Part shown: piece after piece, positions 51,613-57,670 of the stretch
How the letters are laid out: each line of letters opens with the position of its first letter
Position numbering within the stretch: position 1 is the first letter of the stretch
Origin: an uncultured archaeon
GTDB lineage: Archaea; Nanohalarchaeota; Nanosalinia; Nanosalinales; Nanohalalkaliarchaeaceae
Assembly: GCA_964575915.1 (NCBI GenBank)
Contig: CAZNTD010000001.1
Span: 1-57,670 of the forward strand
DNA length: 57,670 nt
Direction of reading: 5' to 3'
Notes under the pieces: model-generated
Databases searched by the model: none
Told to the model about the DNA's origin: nothing
What the model saw: the letters and a program-made list of their open reading frames with translations, nothing else
Position numbers and translations under genes: made by a program

Positions 51613-52836
51613 ATGGCGCAGGAGATGGAGCCGTACGAACTCGAGAACCTCATCGAGACGCTGGAGGAGAAGCGGGGCCGCAACACCGAGCTCGTCTCGC
51701 TCTACATCCCGCCGGGCTACGACATGGCCAAGATCGTGGACTTCCTGACGACGGAGAAGTCCGAGGCCGAGAACATCAAGTCGAAGGCGACGCGGAAGAA
51801 CGTGCAGGCCGCGCTCGACAAGATCCAGCGCAGGTTGAAGGAGGTCGGGAAGACGCCGGAGAACGGGGTGGCGCTGTTCGCGGGCAACGTCTCCGAGCGG
51901 GAGGGTCGGCCGGACATCCAGATGTGGGAGGTCGTGCCGCCCGAGCCGATACAGTCGCGGCGGTACCGGTGCGACAAGGAGTTCGTGCTCGACCCGCTGA
52001 AAGACCTGGTGGTGGAGAACGATATCTACGGCATGATCGTGCTCGACCGGAGCGAGGCCGCCATCGGCTACCTGAAGGGCAACGCGTTGACCATCCGGAA
52101 GACGCTGGAGTCCAACGTCCCGGGGAAGACGACGAAGGGTGGCCAGTCCCAGCAGCGGTTCGAGCGCATCCGGGAGAACATGTACGACACGTTCCTCAAC
52201 CAGATCGCCGAGGCAGCCCAGACGGAGTTCCTGCCGAAGAAGCGGGAGGGCGAACTGCTTGGTATCGTGGTCGGCGGCCCCGGGTTCGCGAAGGACGACC
52301 TCCTGGACAAGGACTACCTCCACCGCGAGCTGCTGGACGAGGTCATCGCCCGGAAGGACACCAACTACTCCGGCGAGGAAGGGATGCACGAGCTGATGAA
52401 CAAGTCGGAGGACGTCATCCGGGAGAGCCGCGCCATCAAGGAGCAGCAACTGGTGCAGGAGTTCCTCACGAACCTGAAGGAGGAGAACGGCAAGTCCACG
52501 TACGGCCTGCAGGAGGTGGCGCGGGCGCTGGGCATGGGCGCGGTCGACACGGTGCTCATCTCCGAGGACCTCGACATGCGCGAGGTCACCATGACCTGCG
52601 GCGAGGACGAGGAAGAGATCGTGGAGTACGTCTACGCCGACGAACTGGACGACGTGGAATGCCCGGACGGCAGCGAGCCCGACGATCTGACCACGCGGGA
52701 CATCGTGGACGTGGTGAAGGAGAAGGCCGCGCAGATGGACTCCGATGTCCACCTCATCTCCCCCGATTCGGCCGAGGGCAAGCGGCTGAAGAACATGGGC
52801 GGAATCGCCGCCATCCTCCGGTACCGCATCGGATGA
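51613..52836 (+). CDS. prf1: peptide chain release factor aRF1
   Basis: NIKS and GGQ motifs (AENIKSKATRKN, TKGGQSQQRFERIR). Trimmed from the track ORF, which begins inside valS. Confidence 0.9.
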   Translation: MAQEMEPYELENLIETLEEKRGRNTELVSLYIPPGYDMAKIVDFLTTEKSEAENIKSKATRKNVQAALDKIQRRLKEVGKTPENGVALFAGNVSEREGRPDIQMWEVVPPEPIQSRRYRCDKEFVLDPLKDLVVENDIYGMIVLDRSEAAIGYLKGNALTIRKTLESNVPGKTTKGGQSQQRFERIRENMYDTFLNQIAEAAQTEFLPKKREGELLGIVVGGPGFAKDDLLDKDYLHRELLDEVIARKDTNYSGEEGMHELMNKSEDVIRESRAIKEQQLVQEFLTNLKEENGKSTYGLQEVARALGMGAVDTVLISEDLDMREVTMTCGEDEEEIVEYVYADELDDVECPDGSEPDDLTTRDIVDVVKEKAAQMDSDVHLISPDSAEGKRLKNMGGIAAILRYRIG

Positions 52837-52882
52837 CAGCGGACCGCGCACCACTTAAACGTTGGTCCCGTGGCCGTGTGGG

Positions 52883-53488
52883 ATGGACAGTTACGACCCG
52901 GCGGAACAGGACGCGTTCCCGGACATGCGGCTCGTCGACCCGCACGAGACGCACGACGAGCTCTACCTGCTGGTGCATCCCGGGGACAGCATGCTTCGCA
53001 CCGATATCTACGAGAACTTCGGCGGTGCCTGGTCGTTGGCCGGACTGCGGACCGAGGACTACACCCGGTACGCGGGGACGCTCGCCTCCCGGCTGCGCCG
53101 GGCCGACGACCGGGACGTCCCGGTCGCGGTGATGTACCGCGGCCGGACGCTGGATGACACCCGTGAGTTCCTCGGGGAGCACGACGATATCGTGGACGCG
53201 TATATCCCGACCAGCAGCCTCAGCGGCTACATGGTCGATGACGGGCCGGAGATGCTTGCACGCTCCCTCGCACGGCTGGAGCCCGGCGGGACGATCAGGG
53301 TGGCGGGAGAGATGGCGGGACTGTGCCATGACCAGGCGGTGGAGCAGGTCGAGGACATCCTGAACGTGCTGGACCCCGGGGCCACGGTGCGGGAGGACCT
53401 GACGTTCCCGGAGAAACGGCTTGAACGGGTGAACGGGACGCTGTACTGGGAGGACTCATCGACACCGCGGTTCCCGAGCAAGCTCTAG
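52883..53488 (+). CDS. hypothetical protein
   Basis: ATG about 27 nt downstream of TATA cacttaaacg; 201 aa, acidic. Confidence 0.5.
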   Translation: MDSYDPAEQDAFPDMRLVDPHETHDELYLLVHPGDSMLRTDIYENFGGAWSLAGLRTEDYTRYAGTLASRLRRADDRDVPVAVMYRGRTLDDTREFLGEHDDIVDAYIPTSSLSGYMVDDGPEMLARSLARLEPGGTIRVAGEMAGLCHDQAVEQVEDILNVLDPGATVREDLTFPEKRLERVNGTLYWEDSSTPRFPSKL

Positions 53489-53952
53489 TCCAGCATGATG
53501 ACCTCGTCCGCGGCGTCCCGGAGCGCGGTCGAGAACCCCTGGTCCATGCCCGCGACGACGGCACGCTTCCCGTGCTGCTTCGCCTTCTGCACCACCGGGA
53601 CGAAATCCGCGTCACGGGTGACGAGGACGATGGTGTCCACCCGGTCGTCGAACACCGCCTCCATCGCGGCCGCCGCCATGTAGACGTCCACGTCCGACGC
53701 CTCGTCCTCCACCTCGCCCACCCCGAGCACCGGTTCGAAGCCCTGGGAGGCGATGGCCTCGATGAGCTTGTCCGGGGCGAACTGGTTGAGGAACACCTTC
53801 GCGGATGTCACCCGGCCCTCCTCCTCCAGCCGCTCCCGGAACTCGTCGAGATCGAGGTCGAACTCGCGGCGGATGATGTTCGGACCGTCCACGAACACCG
53901 CGATCCTGTCCCGCCGGTCGACCACCCCGAACAGCCTGTCGAGCACGGTCAC
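53485..53952 (-). CDS. NYN / LabA-like (PIN-like fold) domain protein
   Basis: IAVFVDGPNI...VDVYMAAAAMEAV...DTIVLVTRDADFVPVVQKAKQHGKRAVV is the typical NYN pattern. The GTG start overlaps the upstream stop (GTGA). Confidence 0.75.
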   Translation of the reverse strand: MTVLDRLFGVVDRRDRIAVFVDGPNIIRREFDLDLDEFRERLEEEGRVTSAKVFLNQFAPDKLIEAIASQGFEPVLGVGEVEDEASDVDVYMAAAAMEAVFDDRVDTIVLVTRDADFVPVVQKAKQHGKRAVVAGMDQGFSTALRDAADEVIMLD

Positions 53953-54446
53953 GCCCCGTCAAGGCTGCGCTTGATACCGCGCAGCACGTCCAGCATCTCG
54001 CTGTTCTGCTGTTCGATGCGCTGCAGCGTCTCCACCAGTTCGTCGCTGGACGTGTCCACGCCGCTCGCGTGCGTCCCGCCGGCGGACTCCACCGCATCAG
54101 CCTGTGCTGCACCGGTCCCGCCCGCGGTCTCCGACCGGTCCTGCGCGGCACCGGACGGTTCCCGGTCACGCTGTTGCTGCGCGTCCTCGCGTGGCCCCTG
54201 CGACTCCTCCTGCTGCGATGCGGTGTCGGCCGACCCCTCGGCCGGTTTGATGCCGTCCTCGGTGAGGACCTCTATCTCCGTGTCCGAGCCGGACGACCCC
54301 TCGTCGTCCCCCTCGTCTTCCGCTCCCTTCTTCAGATGATCGAATGGCATAGTATCGTTATCCTCGTCCTGTCCTGCCGGCTGTTCCTCCCGGCCGTCAC
54401 CGTTCTCCTCCCGGATGTCGTCCTTGACAGAGTCGTAGAACCCCAT
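53949..54446 (-). CDS. disordered acidic protein, member 3 of tandem paralogue trio
   Basis: N-terminus MGFYDSVKDDI and C-terminus LQRIEQQNSEMLDVLRGIK are shared with the two upstream genes. Confidence 0.65.
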   Translation of the reverse strand: MGFYDSVKDDIREENGDGREEQPAGQDEDNDTMPFDHLKKGAEDEGDDEGSSGSDTEIEVLTEDGIKPAEGSADTASQQEESQGPREDAQQQRDREPSGAAQDRSETAGGTGAAQADAVESAGGTHASGVDTSSDELVETLQRIEQQNSEMLDVLRGIKRSLDGA

Positions 54447-54449
54447 CGG

Positions 54450-54815
54450 TCATCCCCATATCGAGTCGCTCTCGTCGCCACCGGCGATATCCTCCAGCAG
54501 CTCGATGATCCGTTCGTTCTGGTCGATGATGCGCTGCATCTTCTCCCCGTCCGCCGCAGCATCACGGCTGTCACGCGACCGGCGGGAGCGGGACGTTCCG
54601 GAGCCGGAGCGGTCGCGCGACGCGTCCCGAGACGCGTCGTCCTCCGTCTCACCGGACGGCTCCATGCCAGGCAGGAGGAACCGGTCGTCATCCTCCGCCT
54701 CCGCGGCAGCCTCCTCCGTGTCGTCGGGGCGGAGCCGCTCCTCGGACCCGGACCCTGCGGGTGGCCGGAGCTCCACTTCCTCGTCGTTCCCCTTTATCTT
54801 GTCGAACAGTCCCAT
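54450..54815 (-). CDS. disordered acidic protein, member 2 of tandem paralogue trio
   Basis: Start set at the ATG giving MGLFDKIKGND, by alignment with the paralogues. C-terminus MQRIIDQNERIIELLEDIA. Confidence 0.65.
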   Translation of the reverse strand: MGLFDKIKGNDEEVELRPPAGSGSEERLRPDDTEEAAAEAEDDDRFLLPGMEPSGETEDDASRDASRDRSGSGTSRSRRSRDSRDAAADGEKMQRIIDQNERIIELLEDIAGGDESDSIWG

Positions 54816-54820
54816 GTGTA

Positions 54821-55609
54821 TCACCGCCGTCCGCCGCGTCCACGACCCCCGCCCATCCCGTCACGGATATCCTCGAGGAGGTCGATGATGCGGTCGTTCT
54901 GGTCCGCGATCTCGTTCAGCCGGCCCTCCATGTCGACCGGCTCGCCCGGGCCGGGCATGTCCAGGTTGTAGTCCCGCGGCCGGTCCGGCATGTCGTCCAT
55001 CCCGCCGGGCTCGTCCGGGCCACGCCGGCCGCCCCGGCCTCGGTCGGGCTCCATCCGGGGCCTGTCACGGTCACGCGGGCCGCGCCCCCGCTCCGGACCG
55101 GGACCCCTGTCGTCCATGTCGCCGGGACGGTCGCCACCGCCGGGACCGTCACGCGGACCCGCCGGCGAGTCGAAGTCCAGGTCGTCCGGCCCGCCCTCGT
55201 CCAGCGGCGGGAGTCCACCGTCCCGCTCCGGCCTCCGACCACCCGGCTCGTCCGGGCCGGCACGTCCCGGGCCGCCACCCGGCCCCTCCGCGGGGGCGGG
55301 AGCGTCCGGACCGCCGCGCGGTGGTTCGTCCTCGAACCCGGCCGGGTCCTGCCCGGCACCGCCGGGACCGCCCGGTCCCCGCTCCATCTCCCCGGGACCG
55401 CCGGGTCCCTGACCGCCGGGCTCCCCGCCCGGTCCACCACGGCCGCGGCGGTCCTGCCCGGATCCCTGGCCGCGCTGCGGGCCTGCCGGACCCCGCCGCC
55501 GCTCCGATCCCTGGCCCTGTCCGGGTGGTTCGCGCATCTTGCCCTGTGGACGCGGTGGCTGCTCGTCACCGCCCCCGAACCGCCGCTTGATCGCGTCGAT
55601 GAGTCCCAT
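54821..55609 (-). CDS. Gly/Pro/Arg/Asp-rich disordered protein, member 1 of tandem paralogue trio
   Basis: Start set at the ATG giving MGLIDAIKRRF. C-terminus LNEIADQNDRIIDLLEDIR. The frame was chosen by terminal paralogy, because several frames are open in this low-complexity DNA. Confidence 0.6.
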   Translation of the reverse strand: MGLIDAIKRRFGGGDEQPPRPQGKMREPPGQGQGSERRRGPAGPQRGQGSGQDRRGRGGPGGEPGGQGPGGPGEMERGPGGPGGAGQDPAGFEDEPPRGGPDAPAPAEGPGGGPGRAGPDEPGGRRPERDGGLPPLDEGGPDDLDFDSPAGPRDGPGGGDRPGDMDDRGPGPERGRGPRDRDRPRMEPDRGRGGRRGPDEPGGMDDMPDRPRDYNLDMPGPGEPVDMEGRLNEIADQNDRIIDLLEDIRDGMGGGRGRGGRR

Positions 55610-55699
55610 GTGTGTATCTGTCGGTCCCGCGGTAAACCCGCGCTCGGCGGGGTTTTGCGTACCTTTAAATGTGCCTGATACCACAGTATTTTTGTACCT

Positions 55700-55711
55700 C
55701 CTTAATTAAGG
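55700..55711. promoter_or_regulatory. perfect 12-bp palindrome CCTTAATTAAGG immediately upstream of the coiled-coil protein gene
   Basis: Read directly. It lies 3 nt before the ATG at 55714, in the divergent control region. Confidence 0.4.
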
Positions 55712-55713
55712 TA

Positions 55714-57306
55714 ATGGTGATGGCACACGACCACGACAAGGGATACTGCCAGGACGGGTGCTACCCGGTAGCCGGCTCGGGGATGACCGCCGAGGTCGAC
55801 GGCGAGGAGTTCGTCATCGACGACATCCACGACCTCCGGGAGTACATCGCGGCGGTGAACGCGTCCGGCGGCAACGGTCCGCTCGCCGCGGAGCAGCTCA
55901 TCGTCGAGAACGAACCGAACGGCGAGCCCTACGTCCTTCCCGACCCGGACGAGGAGGACCCTATCAAGCGGAAGATCAAGGGACGCGGCATCTCAATCTC
56001 CGGCATCGGCCAGGGGTTCGACATGGCGGCCTACCTCGACGTGGTCGACCGGATGACGACGCACTACCGGTTCAACGGACCTATCAAGGTGAAGGAGTGG
56101 GTGCGGGCCACGCCGCAGAGCCAGGTGCACGACGAGCTGCAGCAGCGGCGGCAGCAGGCTGAGCAGCAGATCAACCGGCAGTTATCAAGTCTATCGGACC
56201 TGTACGAGCAGAAGCAGCTGCTGGAGCACGACCTCCGGACGCTGGAGGAGCGGATGGCGCACTTCGAGGCGGACGAGGACGAGAAAGGAAGTGGCGGCGG
56301 CTACGAGGACGAACTGAAGGCGGACTTCGTCGACCTCGTGGACCAGCACACCGGCCGGCACAGCATCCTGCAGATGCAGGCGAACAACGTGTTCCCGTCC
56401 ATCACCGCCGACTTCTACCAGATGTCCAGCCTGGACGACCTGGAGGACGGGCCGCTGAAGGACCTTCCCGAGAACGAGAAGGCGACGCTGCGGAAGAAGT
56501 GGAAGCTGTACGAGCGGTGGAAGGACCAGTTCGAGGCAGCGGTCCGGTCACGGCTGGAGGACGTGCGCCGCCGGCTGAACTCGGTGGAGGCCAGCATCGA
56601 GCAGACCGAGAACTGGATCAAGCCGTACGTGGAGGACCTGCAGCGCATCCAGGGCGGACCGTTCGACGAGCAGCTGGCGTTCGGCGCGGAGATCGACATG
56701 TACCTCCCGGCGGCCGCCTCCAACACGTACCGGTTGATGAAGATGATCGCGTGGCGCGACCGGAGCCCCGGCGAAGAGGAGGACCTCTACCAGGACGTGG
56801 TGCTGATGGAGCCGCTCAAGTTCTTCACCGGCGACCTGGAAAGCCCGCAGCGGGCGGGAGAGGGTCTCGGCGTGTTCAAGAACCGGTGGACGGAACTCCT
56901 GGTCTGCCAGCACGTGTTCGAGGCGGTGTTCGAGCCGCAGCTTGACGAGAAGACGGACGAGATCCAGCGGGTCATCAGCCAGTTCGTCGGGGAGCCGGAC
57001 GTGGAACTGGAGGAGGCGCGGGAGCGCATCCAGGAGCGGTACCACCTGACCGGGGACGAGGAGGAGGCGCTGGAGGACGCCGCGACCGGCAGCGAGGCGT
57101 ACGAGATCGAGCGGGAGATCATCGACCGGGTCCGACCCGGGTTCTCGACGCGGCTGCGTGAACGTATCAAGACGTTCCTCGGGATGACCGACGCGTTCTA
57201 CCATCCCAAACCGACGGAACTCCGCCGGGAGCTCATGGGCCCGTACTTCCCGACCCAGTTCTACCTGGACTACAAGTACGAGAACGGCCTCTACGTGATG
57301 AAGTGA
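55714..57306 (+). CDS. large coiled-coil protein of unknown function
   Basis: About 530 aa with long heptad-like segments (QQRRQQAEQQINRQLSSLSDLYEQKQLLEHDLRTLEERM; RLEDVRRRLNSVEASIEQTENWIKPYVEDLQRI). The AT-rich element tattttt lies about 24 nt upstream. An alternative ATG is at 55720. Confidence 0.65.
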   Translation: MVMAHDHDKGYCQDGCYPVAGSGMTAEVDGEEFVIDDIHDLREYIAAVNASGGNGPLAAEQLIVENEPNGEPYVLPDPDEEDPIKRKIKGRGISISGIGQGFDMAAYLDVVDRMTTHYRFNGPIKVKEWVRATPQSQVHDELQQRRQQAEQQINRQLSSLSDLYEQKQLLEHDLRTLEERMAHFEADEDEKGSGGGYEDELKADFVDLVDQHTGRHSILQMQANNVFPSITADFYQMSSLDDLEDGPLKDLPENEKATLRKKWKLYERWKDQFEAAVRSRLEDVRRRLNSVEASIEQTENWIKPYVEDLQRIQGGPFDEQLAFGAEIDMYLPAAASNTYRLMKMIAWRDRSPGEEEDLYQDVVLMEPLKFFTGDLESPQRAGEGLGVFKNRWTELLVCQHVFEAVFEPQLDEKTDEIQRVISQFVGEPDVELEEARERIQERYHLTGDEEEALEDAATGSEAYEIEREIIDRVRPGFSTRLRERIKTFLGMTDAFYHPKPTELRRELMGPYFPTQFYLDYKYENGLYVMK

Positions 57307-57670
57307 TGGTCGACTGGCCAGACCCGCTGACGGTGCCGGACGCGGTCAGGGACCTGAAGGACCGGTTCCTCGCAAGTTTCCAGTCCGGGGCGGAGGAGTC
57401 GGAGAAGGTGCGAGACCTCAACTACATCGTCGCGGTCTCGTCCGGCAAGGCGGTGACGGAGGATATCCCGAAGCAGATCGGCCGCCGCGCCGGGTGGGCG
57501 TCGCAGCAGGGCGCCAACTTCGTGGAGATCCTCATCGAGAACCCGTCGCAGCTGGTGATGGACCAGGACATGCTGGTCAACCTGGCGGACCGGCTCGACC
57601 TCCACTACAACATCCACTCCTCCACCAACCTCGCGTACGGCATGTCGTACCGGGTCGGCCGGGGCAACGG
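57306..57670 (+). CDS. hypothetical protein, 3' end outside window
   Basis: The ATG overlaps the previous stop (TGATG). Sequence MVDWPDPLTVPD...; the frame is open to the window end. Confidence 0.55.
   Translation, partial: MVDWPDPLTVPDAVRDLKDRFLASFQSGAEESEKVRDLNYIVAVSSGKAVTEDIPKQIGRRAGWASQQGANFVEILIENPSQLVMDQDMLVNLADRLDLHYNIHSSTNLAYGMSYRVGRGN

Noticed and set aside
54761-55678. Alternative long ORFs in other frames and on the other strand across the GC-rich low-complexity region (54761-55678 +, 54916-55569 -, 54990-55412 +)
   Set aside because: All frames are open because of the GGN/CCN repeat. Only the chosen minus frame has the N- and C-terminal motifs shared with the two downstream paralogues.
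1-57670. Search for CRISPR arrays, IS elements, transposases, integrases, rRNA genes and prophage-like blocks
   Set aside because: I saw no regularly spaced direct repeats, no DDE or tyrosine-recombinase-like ORFs, and no rRNA-like sequence. The only repeat structures are the tRNA 3'-end duplicates reported above.

Overview
This is a GC-rich archaeal chromosome segment with strong GC3 codon bias. The proteome is very acidic (Asp/Glu-rich), which suggests a salt-in halophile. AT-rich TATA boxes sit about 25-30 nt upstream of mostly leaderless genes.

I call about 80 protein genes and 5 tRNA genes. Packing is very tight: many same-strand overlaps (ATGA/GTGA/TGATG), and eight convergent gene pairs share one palindromic CTAG as the stop codon on both strands. 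I saw no rRNA, CRISPR array, transposase, integrase or obvious prophage.

Most genes are housekeeping:
- ribosomal proteins L10e, S8e and L37e (L37e is absent from the ORF track), next to an LSm gene
- metG, valS, aRF1
- a ribK-ribC-ribH-udk block
- pyk, dcd, tatD, rdgB, mtaD, cmk, an ABC-2 exporter pair, an HtrA-like protease, two NUDIX hydrolases, OsmC, csp

Things worth a second look:
1. A locus at 53.5-57.7 kb. It has an operon of three tandem paralogous disordered proteins that share only a short N-terminal motif and a C-terminal QN-helix. This operon is translationally coupled to a NYN-domain gene. It lies divergent from a 530-aa coiled-coil protein and an overlapping downstream gene.
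2. A TFB/TFIIB-core protein whose zinc ribbon is replaced by about three transmembrane helices.
3. A tRNA-Thr(UGU) with a 112-nt intron whose 5' module is near-identical to that of the tRNA-Trp intron.
4. Duplicated tRNA 3' ends with hairpins just downstream of tRNA-Ile and tRNA-Val, plus a shared trailer motif after 4 of the 5 tRNAs.
5. A six-gene block of unrecognised acidic proteins plus a SAM-methyltransferase between metG and valS.
6. An 889-aa acidic protein with an internal duplication.
7. A ThiI-like protein lacking the PP-loop.
8. A DHCR24/DWF1-like flavoprotein.

All functional calls rest on my reading of the translations, with no database search. Start codons are often uncertain.
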